DNA of 63,574 nt, the filler included. It is 5 parts of 5 records of this genome, joined end to end, with 100 filler letters (N's around TTAATTAATTAA, not from the genome) between each part and the next. Parts side by side here need not be neighbours in the genome. Positions count along the whole stretch, not along the records: positions 1 to 11,384 come from DRR723986_8522; 4 more parts are not named here. The stretch is one strand, 5' to 3'. Shown one piece after another: positions 1-9,677 of this stretch. Within the stretch, counting starts at the first letter, position 1. Each line of letters starts with the position of its first letter. The translations under genes and the position numbers were made by a program. Below the pieces are notes generated by a model. That model was not told the origin of the DNA. It did no database searches and saw only the letters and a list, made by a program, of their open reading frames with translations.

Positions 1-7
1 GCCTCAG

Positions 8-125
8 GCTTCTTGATTTTTTTGTTTGTCACTGAGAGACGAGGCATGCCTCTCTGAGTGTTTTGCACAGACTCGAATGCTGCCGGACTCCGGCCCGGAG
101 CAAAACAAAAAACCTCAAACAAGCC
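8..125. repeat. REP/MITE-like structured repeat at contig start
   Basis: Arm gcttcttgatttttttgtttg (8-28) has a looser inverted copy at about 100-125. It encloses the palindrome gaggcatgcctc and the hairpin ctccgg-c-ccggag. A 20/21 inverted copy of the arm lies at 11345-11365. Confidence 0.5.
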
Positions 126-344
126 AGCCATAAGAGCCGAGAGAAGCGAGGAACGCAAGGGCGCAAGCGATCTTAAACGTCAGAAGTGCCAATCGGACGG
201 GAGAGACAAAATCCAAAAAATGAACATGTACCAATGATTAGCTATGGCAAAAAAATGCGCCGAATACCGTGTTTTGCTTGCCCCTTCGTATTTTGCAGCG
301 GCGCTCGCCAGTTGAATCCTGATGGACAAATTTAGCGGAAGAAA

Positions 345-2765
345 ATGGCTCTCAAGAAATCCGACCTCTATTCCTCTCTGTGGGCTTCGTGTGACGAGTT
401 ACGCGGCGGCATGGATGCCAGTCAGTACAAGGACTATGTGCTGTTTATGCTGTTCATTAAGTATATCAGCGACAAGTATGGCAACAGTAAAGATTTTGCG
501 CCGGCGGTTGTGATTCCGCCCGGAGCGAGTTTTGCGGACATGATCGCGCTGAAGGGTAATTCGGCAATCGGCGATAAAATCAACACGCAAATTATTCAAC
601 CGCTGATTGATGCGAATGCTAAACTGGCGCGTAGTGATTTTCCCGACTTCAACGACCCCAACAAGCTCGGTGAAGGCAAGGCGATGGTCGACCGGCTCAC
701 AAACCTGGTCAGCATTTTCCAGAAACCCGAACTCGATTTTTCACAGAATCGCGCCGACCACGATGATATTCTCGGCGATGCCTACGAATATCTGATGCGC
801 CACTTTGCGACCGAAAGCGGCAAAAGCAAAGGCCAATTTTACACTCCCTCTGAAGTAAGTCGTGTGATTGCCGGTGTGATTGGAATTAGCGAAGACGAGA
901 CGACCAGCAATACAATGGCCTACGATCCAACCTGCGGATCGGGCTCGCTGCTCCTTAAACTGGCGGAGGCGGCAGGCAAAGAGATTACACTTGAAGGCCA
1001 GGAAAAAGACGTGACGACGGCCGGTTTGGCGCGCATGAATATGATTCTGCACGACTTTCCAACTGCGACAATTAAAGCTGGTAATACGCTGGCCGCACCC
1101 AAGTTTCTCAAGAGTGAAAAAGTATTGGAGACTTACGACTACGTCGTTGCCAATCCGCCCTTTTCCGATAAAAGTTGGAGTGCGGGACTGATTCCGGCCG
1201 AGGACAAATTCGAGCGTTTTGCCTGGGGGACGCCGCCGACTAAACAGGGTGATTATGCCTACCTGCTGCATATTATTCGCTCGATGAAATGCACGGGCAA
1301 GGCCGCCTGCATTCTGCCGCATGGTGTGCTGTTCCGCGGCAACGCCGAAAGTGTGATTCGCGAACTACTGTTGCGCTCCGGCATCCTCAAAGGCATTATC
1401 GGACTGCCGGCCAATTTGTTTTACGGCACGGGGATCCCGGCCTGCATTCTGCTGCTCGACAAAAACAATGCAAAAGCGCGCAAGGGTGTGTTTATGATCG
1501 ACGCATCCAAAGGGTTTATGAAAGACGGCAACAAAAACCGTCTGCGCGAGCGCGACATTCACCGCATCACCGAGACGTTTATTAAACAGACCGAAATCCC
1601 GCGTTATGCGCGCATGGTTAGTTTCGCTGAGATTGCCGATCCTAAAAACAATTTTAACCTGAATCTGCCGCGATACATCGACGGCACCGAGCCGGAAGAC
1701 CTGCACGATATTGATGCACATCTGAACGGCGGAATTCCGGAGCGCGATCTTGAGGCTTTTGAAGAGTACTGGAAAGTGATGCCGGGCCTGCGGGCAGAAC
1801 TGTTTGTGCAGGAGCGTCCCGGTTACCTTAAACTCAAACTGCCGATTGCAGATGTTAAGTCTGCAATTCTTGAACATGCCGAGTTTAAGGTTTTCCGCAA
1901 AAAAGCCACAAAACGATTTGCTGACTGGCGCAAGTCGGCCACGGCGCAGCTGAGCCAGTTTGGCGCCGGTGAGCATCCCAAGGCGCTCTTGAGTGTCATC
2001 GCCGCTGAGTTGCTGGCCAAGTTCCGGCGCGCGCCGCTGCTCGACGCCTACGACATCTATCAGCATCTGATGGATTACTGGGAGAACAGCATGCAGGATG
2101 ATCTCTATCTGATTGCGGCTGACGGCTGGCTTGCAGAGCCGACACGAATTGTTGAGACCGACAAAAAAGGCAAGAGCAAAGACAAGGGCTGGTATTGTGA
2201 CCTGATTCCCAGGGAATTGATCGTCGCGCGTTATTTCACTACGGAACATGCGGCGATTGAGGCCCGGCAAGCAGAGCTGGAATCCGCAGGCGCGGCGCGC
2301 GCAGAACTCGAAGAAGAGCAGGGCGGTGAAGACGGCACTTTTGGCGCGCTCGACAAAGTTAACAAAGCCGAAATCAAGGCGCGTCTCAAAGAGTTAAAGA
2401 ATGCGGACGACGCCGACGAAGAAATCGCCGTACTTAAACAATGGCTGGAGTTTAACGAACGCGAAGCCGGCCTGAAACGCGATATTAAACAAGCAGAAAC
2501 AGAGCTTGACAAGCTGGCCTATGCGCACTATGCCACACTGAGTGAGGCGGACATTCAGGCGCTTGTGCTGGAAGACAAATGGATGACCGAATTGGCCAAA
2601 GCCGTACATAACGAACTCGATCGGGTCTCACAGACTTTAAGCGGTCGGATTCGCGAACTGGCTGAGCGGTATGAAGCGCCGCTTCCGCAGTTAACAAGCG
2701 AGGTTAACGAGTTGTCACGTCGTGTTAAAAGCCATCTTAAGAAGATGGGGGTGACATGGAAGTGA
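345..2765 (+). CDS. hsdM: Type I restriction-modification methyltransferase subunit M
   Basis: 806 aa; LWASCDELRG N-terminus, GQFYTP, DPTCGSG (SAM motif I), NPPF (motif IV); first gene of an M-S-X-R operon. Confidence 0.96.
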   Translation: MALKKSDLYSSLWASCDELRGGMDASQYKDYVLFMLFIKYISDKYGNSKDFAPAVVIPPGASFADMIALKGNSAIGDKINTQIIQPLIDANAKLARSDFPDFNDPNKLGEGKAMVDRLTNLVSIFQKPELDFSQNRADHDDILGDAYEYLMRHFATESGKSKGQFYTPSEVSRVIAGVIGISEDETTSNTMAYDPTCGSGSLLLKLAEAAGKEITLEGQEKDVTTAGLARMNMILHDFPTATIKAGNTLAAPKFLKSEKVLETYDYVVANPPFSDKSWSAGLIPAEDKFERFAWGTPPTKQGDYAYLLHIIRSMKCTGKAACILPHGVLFRGNAESVIRELLLRSGILKGIIGLPANLFYGTGIPACILLLDKNNAKARKGVFMIDASKGFMKDGNKNRLRERDIHRITETFIKQTEIPRYARMVSFAEIADPKNNFNLNLPRYIDGTEPEDLHDIDAHLNGGIPERDLEAFEEYWKVMPGLRAELFVQERPGYLKLKLPIADVKSAILEHAEFKVFRKKATKRFADWRKSATAQLSQFGAGEHPKALLSVIAAELLAKFRRAPLLDAYDIYQHLMDYWENSMQDDLYLIAADGWLAEPTRIVETDKKGKSKDKGWYCDLIPRELIVARYFTTEHAAIEARQAELESAGAARAELEEEQGGEDGTFGALDKVNKAEIKARLKELKNADDADEEIAVLKQWLEFNEREAGLKRDIKQAETELDKLAYAHYATLSEADIQALVLEDKWMTELAKAVHNELDRVSQTLSGRIRELAERYEAPLPQLTSEVNELSRRVKSHLKKMGVTWK

Positions 2766-3928
2766 AACCGGGTTATAAGATGACGGAAGTTGGGGTGATT
2801 CCGGAGGATTGGGAGTGTAAAGAAATAGGCGGGGAGATTGACTTGCTTACTGGTCATCCGTTCCCGAGCGTTGGTTATGCTGAATCAGGGGTCCGGTTAC
2901 TGCGGGGAGCAAACGTTAAGCGTGGGAATACAAGCTGGGACACAGCCATTACACAGTTTTGGCCATCTGTAGATCTCAGAATAGCCAAGTATGAACTACA
3001 AGCAGGAGACCTTGTTATTTCAATGGACGGCTCCCTTGTTGGCCGCAGTTATGCCCAGCTAACGTCGATTGATTTGCCAGCACTCCTTCTTCAGCGTGTC
3101 GCACGTATACGCTCCACCAAATTAGATACCACGTATCTCGCTGCGTTTGTTGGTAGCGATCGATTTGTCAAATATATTGATTCTGTCAAAACAGCAACCG
3201 CAATTCCACATATTAACTCAAATGACATTAGAAAGTTCACGATTCCAGTTCCATCTTCACTCTCCGAACAACGAGCCATCGCCAATGCTCTCAGTGACGT
3301 CGATGCCTTGCTCGACGGCCTAGAGCGCCTCATCGCCAAAAAACGCGACATTAAACAGGCCACAATGCAGCAGCTTCTGACTGGGCAGACGCGATTGCCT
3401 GGTTATGAGGGTGAGTGGGAGACGAAAAGACTGGGAGAGATATTAACTATTTGTCATGGAAAAAGCCAAAGTGATGTAGAATCGGCAGATGGAGCTTATC
3501 CAATTTTGGCTTCGGGGGGAAAGATTGGCACAGCTTCCCATTGGCTCTACAACAAACCTTCAGTTCTTATCGGACGCAAAGGAACTATTGACCAACCGCA
3601 ATTCATGGGAACGCCGTTCTGGACTGTCGATACACTCTTTTATTCGGCCATGCATGGCAACAATAGCGCCAAATACTTCTACTACAGGTTTTGTTTGATT
3701 GATTGGATGCGGTATAATGAAGCGTCTGGTGTACCTAGCCTGAATGCAAGAACAATTGAGCAGATTGAGGTTGCGATCCCAGAGCCGATTGAACAAACCG
3801 CCATCGCCGCCATTCTCTCCGACATGGACGCCGAGCTGCAAACACTCGAAAAACGCCGCGATAAAACGCGCCAACTTAAACAGGCGATGATGCAGGAATT
3901 AATGACTGGAAAAACGAGGTTGATATGA
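2756..3928 (+). CDS. hsdS: Type I R-M specificity subunit S
   Basis: IPEDW start, two TRDs, each followed by a conserved EQxAIA..LSD.D helical region, LLTGQTRL and LMTGKTRL ends. Confidence 0.95.
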   Translation: MEVKPGYKMTEVGVIPEDWECKEIGGEIDLLTGHPFPSVGYAESGVRLLRGANVKRGNTSWDTAITQFWPSVDLRIAKYELQAGDLVISMDGSLVGRSYAQLTSIDLPALLLQRVARIRSTKLDTTYLAAFVGSDRFVKYIDSVKTATAIPHINSNDIRKFTIPVPSSLSEQRAIANALSDVDALLDGLERLIAKKRDIKQATMQQLLTGQTRLPGYEGEWETKRLGEILTICHGKSQSDVESADGAYPILASGGKIGTASHWLYNKPSVLIGRKGTIDQPQFMGTPFWTVDTLFYSAMHGNNSAKYFYYRFCLIDWMRYNEASGVPSLNARTIEQIEVAIPEPIEQTAIAAILSDMDAELQTLEKRRDKTRQLKQAMMQELMTGKTRLI

Positions 3929-5796
3929 GTGCAATTACGCCAAACTACCGCACGGTTCAACAATTGCTGCAGAGCCAGTCGTTTTCAATCGATGAATATC
4001 AGCGTGAGTACAAATGGGATAAGCAAAATATTGAAGAGTTGCTAGCTGATCTTCAGGAGCAATTCTTCAACAGTTACAAGTTGGGTGATTCCACCGAACA
4101 GGTCAAACAGTACGGTGAATATTTTCTGGGTTCGATCATTGTTACAGATCGAGACGGGAAAAACTACTTGGTTGATGGTCAGCAGCGTGTCACTTCATTG
4201 ACTCTTTTGTTGATTTGTCTCTACCGCCTAGCCAGCAAGAAAGGCTTAGCTGTACGTCAGACAGTTGCACCATTGATATTTAGTGACAACTTGGGCAAAC
4301 CCGAATTTAACTTGAACATTCCTGAACGCCTACCGTTGATCAATGCACTGTTTAAAGGGCAAGAGTTTAATCTTGACGGGGAGATGGAATCTGTTCGAAA
4401 CATGCTCGAACGCTACCGTGATATTGAAGAAAATGATTTACTGGATCAGCTGGATGTGGCACTTCCACATTTCATATATTGGTTATTGACGCGGGTGGGG
4501 CTGATTGAGATTCGGACCAGCAGTGACAGTAATGCATATGAAATCTTTGAGACAATGAATGACAGGGGCAGGCCACTCAGTCCGGTTGACATGCTTAAGG
4601 CTTATTTACTGGCTCCAATCTCTGAGCCCGATGCTCGCAAAGAAGCCAATGAAGTCTGGAAAGGCCAGATATTTGACCTTGTTGTTTGGGGAAAAACACA
4701 AGAACCAGAGAACGCGACTAATTGTATCAAGGCATGGTTTCGGTCTCAGTATGCCGAAAGTATACGTGAGCGCAAGGCCAGTTCAACTGACAAAGATTGG
4801 GAATTGATCGGGTCGGTATTTCATCGGTGGGCTCGCAATAAGAGTGGACGTCTCAAGCTTGGTTTATCTGCCTCGAACCTTGGGTTTATGTGCAATAGTT
4901 TTCCGTTTTTTGCGAAAGCATACCGACGTATCCTAGCAGCGAGCCGGGAGTTTACCTCGGGTCTGGAGTCAATTTTTTACAATGCTCACAACAACTTTAC
5001 TTGGCAGAGCACAGTTCTTCTGGCACCACTTATAGAAACTGACGACGACGAAACCGTGCGCCGCAAGCTTGCTGTCACGGCGACTTATCTCGATATATGG
5101 TTGATGCGCAGAGTGGTTAACCACATTCGCGTTGGCTACTCGAATACTTCGTACACAATGTTTTTATTGTGTCGGGACATCCGTCAAACGCCACTGGACA
5201 ATTTGATAAACATCCTGAGTCAGAGATTAGCGGATGACGACGTGACATTTGCTGGAAGTGAGTCGAGAGGCCGCCAGGGAATTGATGCTCTGGTGCTCAA
5301 TCAATCCAGCCGTCGATATATTTTTCATCTTCTCGCTCGTTTGACTGCGGAAGTTGAGCAAGGCGCTGGAAGAAATGAAACATTTGATAAAATTGTAGAT
5401 CGAACGGTCAAGAATCCATATGATCTTGAGCACATTTTAGCCGACGACTATTCTGTTGTAGCCGACGTTTTTGACACAGATCAAGAATTCCAGGTGTGGC
5501 GTAATCATGTGGCCTCATTGCTTCTACTTCCTGCGGACGTGAATCGCAGTTTACAGGCCAAGCCGTTTTCCCAAAAGAGTGCGATTTACGCGAGGCAGAA
5601 TTTTTATTCTGCAAGTCTTCACCCCGCGGCCTACGAACATCAGCCTCAGTTCAGGAAGTACATTAGTGAAAATGATCTGCATTTTGAACCTTTTGCCGAT
5701 TTCACGAAAGCAGAGCAGCAATCTCGACGTCGATTAATAGTGAAATTGGTAGATATTGTTTGGTCACCAACTCGTTTACATGAGGTAGCACGATGA
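3925..5796 (+). CDS. DUF262 + DUF1524(HNH) GmrSD/RloF-like nuclease inside the type I R-M operon
   Basis: QREYKW, DGQQR and FETMNDRG DUF262 motifs; C-terminal LEHI...LLLL...N HNH-like motif; overlaps hsdS and hsdR by 4 nt each. Confidence 0.85.
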   Translation: MSAITPNYRTVQQLLQSQSFSIDEYQREYKWDKQNIEELLADLQEQFFNSYKLGDSTEQVKQYGEYFLGSIIVTDRDGKNYLVDGQQRVTSLTLLLICLYRLASKKGLAVRQTVAPLIFSDNLGKPEFNLNIPERLPLINALFKGQEFNLDGEMESVRNMLERYRDIEENDLLDQLDVALPHFIYWLLTRVGLIEIRTSSDSNAYEIFETMNDRGRPLSPVDMLKAYLLAPISEPDARKEANEVWKGQIFDLVVWGKTQEPENATNCIKAWFRSQYAESIRERKASSTDKDWELIGSVFHRWARNKSGRLKLGLSASNLGFMCNSFPFFAKAYRRILAASREFTSGLESIFYNAHNNFTWQSTVLLAPLIETDDDETVRRKLAVTATYLDIWLMRRVVNHIRVGYSNTSYTMFLLCRDIRQTPLDNLINILSQRLADDDVTFAGSESRGRQGIDALVLNQSSRRYIFHLLARLTAEVEQGAGRNETFDKIVDRTVKNPYDLEHILADDYSVVADVFDTDQEFQVWRNHVASLLLLPADVNRSLQAKPFSQKSAIYARQNFYSASLHPAAYEHQPQFRKYISENDLHFEPFADFTKAEQQSRRRLIVKLVDIVWSPTRLHEVAR

Positions 5797-8700
5797 ACAA
5801 TTCCTCCCGCCGCGAAATCATCACCCAAGAGCGTGTCATCAAAATGTTCTGCGCGCCCGTCGACAAAGGTGGGCTCGGCTACCGCTACCTCGGCAACTGG
5901 CAACATCGGGCCAACAACCGCAATATTGAAAGTGAATACCTGCGTGCCAACTTAACAAAACGTGGTTATGCGGACGCGCAGATTAACGCGGCCATCCAGC
6001 AATTTGAAAAAAGTGCTGACGCAACGGGACTGACGCTCTACCAAAGCAATCTGCAAACCTACCAGCGGCTGCGCTACGATACCAAAGTCAAAGTCAAGAT
6101 CAGCGGCGACTACGAGTCGGTTTACCTGATCGACTGGGAAAACCCAGAGAACAATGACTTTGCGCTGGCCGAAGAAGTCACACTTAAACATGGAGGCTAT
6201 CAACGCCGCCCCGACATTGTACTGTATATTAACGGCATTGCGATTGTCGTTATCGAACTCAAACGCGGCGCGGTTGAAGTTGGCGACGGCATCCGGCAGT
6301 TGCTCACTAATCAGGAAGAGATTTTTAATAAGGCCTTTTTCAGTACAACGCAGCTGTTACTGGCCGGCAACGATATTCAGGGCCTGCGTTACGGCACGAC
6401 GGAAACACCCGCACAGTTCTATCAGTCGTGGAAAGAAGAAGGCCTGGCGGCGGCATCAAAAGAGGAACAAACGCGCCCCGGCGCCCTGCTCGACCCCGTT
6501 CTTGCGCAGATGTGCAATCAGACACGCCTGCTGGACCTGATCCGCAACTTTGTGGTCTTTGACTACGGAACCAAGAAGGTGCCGCGCCCGCATCAATATT
6601 TTGCCGTTAAGGCCGCGCAGGCGCGCATCAAACAGAACGAGGGCGGCGTCATCTGGCACACGCAGGGCAGCGGCAAAAGTATCCTGATGGTCCTGCTTAC
6701 CAAATGGCTGCTCGATAGTGACCCGACGGCGCGCGTCCTGATAATTACTGACCGCGACGAGCTCGACAAGCAGATTGTTGGTGTAATGAAAAAGACGGAT
6801 GTAATCGGCGAGGATGACGCAAATACACATATCACGTCGCGCGCCGATTTTGTTAACAAACTCGAATCATTCAGCCCGCGCCTGCTCTGTGCTTTGATCC
6901 ACAAGTTTGAAGTCAAAGATTTCGACGGTCCGCCACCGGCCGTCAAGGGCCGCTTTTTTGTATTTGTCGACGAGTGCCACCGTTCGCAGGGCGGTGAGAT
7001 GAACCGGCAGATGAAACGCTGGCTGGAAAGTGCGATATTCATCGGATTTACCGGAACACCGCTGCTGCGCCAGGACAAGAAAATGACGCGTGACGTTTTT
7101 GGTACGTACATTCACACCTATAAATTTCACCAGGGTGTAAAGGACAAGGTGATCCTCGACCTTAAGTACGAGGCGCGTGACGTACCGCAACAGTTGACAT
7201 CTGAACACGAAATCGATAAATGGTTTGAGTATAAAACCAGGGGACTTAACAATTACCAGCAGGCGGTGCTGCGCAAACGCTGGGCGACGCTGCAGAAGTT
7301 AATGAGCGCTAAAGACCGCAAGGAACGCATTGTTGCCAGTATCATTACGGACTTCGGTTTGATACCACGTCTGGAAGAACAACGCGGAACCGCTCTATTG
7401 GTTGCGGACTCGATCTATGAAGCCTGCCACTACTTTCAGCTTTTCCAGAATCATGCATTTGGCAAATTCTGTGGAATCATCACCTCCTATGTGCCCGATC
7501 ACAATCTGATTTCGCGCGAACCGGAAAACGGCGATCAACGCTTTAAGTTTAATGTTTACAACGAGCTGGTCCTCAGGAAGGGCCAGACGACTAAACAGTA
7601 CGAGGATGAGGCCAAGCGTCTGTTTATCGAAGAGCCGGCCAGGATGAAACTGCTGATTGTAGTCAGTAAACTGTTGACCGGGTTTGACGCGCCGAGCTGT
7701 ACCTACATCTACCTGGATAAAACACTGCGCGATCATAACTTGTTTCAGGCTATCTGTCGCACCAATCGTCTTGACACTCCTGATAAGGAGTATGGCCACA
7801 TCGTTGACTTTCAACAGCTTTTCGACAAAGTTGAAGAAGCGATTGCGGTGTACAGCTCCGACGAATTGGATACTGAAGACGGCAGTGCGGGTGACAATAA
7901 CATCACGCTCAAAAACTGGCTGGAGGAAGGCCGCCGCAAGCTGGATGAGGCGCGCGAAGCTCTGCACTATTTGTGCGAACCAGTGCCGGCACCACGTGAG
8001 GAAGAACAATTTGTGTACTATTTCTGCGGACTGAACGCGGATCCGGCAGAGTTAAACAGAACTGAGCCCTTACGGATATCATTTTATAAGGCCGTTGCGA
8101 CTTTTTTGCGTGCATACGGTGCAGTGCTGCAGGATCTGGCCGAGGCCGGTTATTCGGAGGCTGAAGTCGCACAATTGCGGACAGAAGTTGTGCATTTCAG
8201 CGAGATACGCCAGTCAATAAAACACTTTACGCATGAAGAGTTGGACACCAAGCTCTACGAAGCTGACATGCGTCATTTACTTAACACTTACATCCGCGCC
8301 GACTCCGCGCGCAAAATCGGTGAACTCGATGAAGTGCCGCTGACTGAGCTGATTATCGAGAGCGGAATCCACGACGCTATTGCACGTAAACTCAATGGCC
8401 GCGGCAAACTATCCAACAATGCGGTTGCCGAAGGCATCATTAACAATATTCGCAAAACAATCATCCGCGATCAGTTAACTGACCCGCGCTTTTACGAGCA
8501 GATGTCGGTTTTGCTTGCCGACCTGATTAAACAACGTCGGGAAGATGCCGCCGCCTTTGAAGCGTGGCTGCAACAAGCTGAAGAGCTGGTCAGACGTGCG
8601 GTAGACAAAAGCTCTGACGAGGAGATTCCCGCGCGTCTGCAGGGCAAACCCGAAGCAATCGTCGTCTACAACAATCTGCCAAAGATTCTGGCTTTAAAAG

Positions 8701-8927
8701 CCCCGCCGGCGGATCAATTAATGGAGCAGCCAGCCGACTACGGAGTAGGGAATGCAGATTTGGCCTTACGCATCGACACTGTGATGCGTGAACAGGCACC
8801 TGCCAGTTGGCGCGGCGATCAGGCACGCGAGGCACAAGTCATGAATGCCCTCTATCCATTGGTGGGATCAAACCCCGATGCGCTGCTGGCTCTATTTGAT
8901 CTCGTCAAAAACCAGGCGGGCTACTAA
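5793..8927 (+). CDS. hsdR: Type I restriction endonuclease subunit R
   Basis: RPDIVLYING..IELK nuclease motif, HTQGSGKS Walker A, DECH, FTGTP, LLTGFDAP, QAICRTNR. Confidence 0.96.
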   Translation: MNNSSRREIITQERVIKMFCAPVDKGGLGYRYLGNWQHRANNRNIESEYLRANLTKRGYADAQINAAIQQFEKSADATGLTLYQSNLQTYQRLRYDTKVKVKISGDYESVYLIDWENPENNDFALAEEVTLKHGGYQRRPDIVLYINGIAIVVIELKRGAVEVGDGIRQLLTNQEEIFNKAFFSTTQLLLAGNDIQGLRYGTTETPAQFYQSWKEEGLAAASKEEQTRPGALLDPVLAQMCNQTRLLDLIRNFVVFDYGTKKVPRPHQYFAVKAAQARIKQNEGGVIWHTQGSGKSILMVLLTKWLLDSDPTARVLIITDRDELDKQIVGVMKKTDVIGEDDANTHITSRADFVNKLESFSPRLLCALIHKFEVKDFDGPPPAVKGRFFVFVDECHRSQGGEMNRQMKRWLESAIFIGFTGTPLLRQDKKMTRDVFGTYIHTYKFHQGVKDKVILDLKYEARDVPQQLTSEHEIDKWFEYKTRGLNNYQQAVLRKRWATLQKLMSAKDRKERIVASIITDFGLIPRLEEQRGTALLVADSIYEACHYFQLFQNHAFGKFCGIITSYVPDHNLISREPENGDQRFKFNVYNELVLRKGQTTKQYEDEAKRLFIEEPARMKLLIVVSKLLTGFDAPSCTYIYLDKTLRDHNLFQAICRTNRLDTPDKEYGHIVDFQQLFDKVEEAIAVYSSDELDTEDGSAGDNNITLKNWLEEGRRKLDEAREALHYLCEPVPAPREEEQFVYYFCGLNADPAELNRTEPLRISFYKAVATFLRAYGAVLQDLAEAGYSEAEVAQLRTEVVHFSEIRQSIKHFTHEELDTKLYEADMRHLLNTYIRADSARKIGELDEVPLTELIIESGIHDAIARKLNGRGKLSNNAVAEGIINNIRKTIIRDQLTDPRFYEQMSVLLADLIKQRREDAAAFEAWLQQAEELVRRAVDKSSDEEIPARLQGKPEAIVVYNNLPKILALKAPPADQLMEQPADYGVGNADLALRIDTVMREQAPASWRGDQAREAQVMNALYPLVGSNPDALLALFDLVKNQAGY

Positions 8928-9640
8928 TGCACGGAGAACTCAAATTGGGCGACATCACGATCGCGCTCACTCACAAAAAGGTTAAACACGTGCACTTGTC
9001 GGTGCATCCGCCGGAGGGGCATGTGACCCTGGTGGTTCCGACATCAACGCGTGTGGAAGTCGCGCGCGCATACGCAATCTCGCGGCTTGCCTGGATTCGC
9101 AAACAACAACGACAATTTGAGTTGCAGGAACGCGAGCCTGAGCGTCAATTCCTTGGGCGCGAGAGTCACTATATCTGGGGGCGGCGCTACCTGTTAAGCG
9201 TCGTAGAACAAGATAGGAAGCCCAGCGTCAGCCTCGGTCATCGGCGGATAACACTCAGCGTGCGGCCCGGCAGCGATACACAGAAACGGCGCGAGGTGAT
9301 GCACGCCTGGCATAAGATGCTGCTGCATGCGGCGGTCCCGCCGTTGATCGAAAAGTGGCAGTCAAAACTCGACCTACAGGTTGCAGCATATTTTCTGCAG
9401 CGCATGAAAACGAAGTGGGGCAGTTGTAATCATCAGGCAGGGAATATTCGGCTTAACACGGAACTTGTTAAAAAGCCCAAGGACTTGCTCGAATACGTTA
9501 TTGTCCACGAAATGCTCCACCTGATCGAGCCAAGCCACAACCGCCGTTTTGTGGAGCTCTTACATAGGTATTATCCAACCTGGCGCGCCGCGCGCCGTGA
9601 GTTAAATGAACTGCCCCTGGGGGCCGAGCTCTGGAAGTAG
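8927..9640 (+). CDS. M48/YgjP (DUF45) zinc metallopeptidase-family protein
   Basis: MKTKWGSC and YVIVHEMLH (HExxH); the usual gene following hsdR. Confidence 0.9.
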   Translation: MHGELKLGDITIALTHKKVKHVHLSVHPPEGHVTLVVPTSTRVEVARAYAISRLAWIRKQQRQFELQEREPERQFLGRESHYIWGRRYLLSVVEQDRKPSVSLGHRRITLSVRPGSDTQKRREVMHAWHKMLLHAAVPPLIEKWQSKLDLQVAAYFLQRMKTKWGSCNHQAGNIRLNTELVKKPKDLLEYVIVHEMLHLIEPSHNRRFVELLHRYYPTWRAARRELNELPLGAELWK

Positions 9641-9677
9641 TTGGAATTGCAGCCGGCACACGCTCCAACCGCCAAGC

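Noticed and set aside
1365-2270. Long antisense ORFs (e.g. 1365-2270, 34873-35757, 46816-47718, 53427-54374, 55877-56812) and the alternate-frame ORF 57790-58722
   Set aside because: Shadow frames of well-supported genes in GC-rich DNA; no recognisable motifs.
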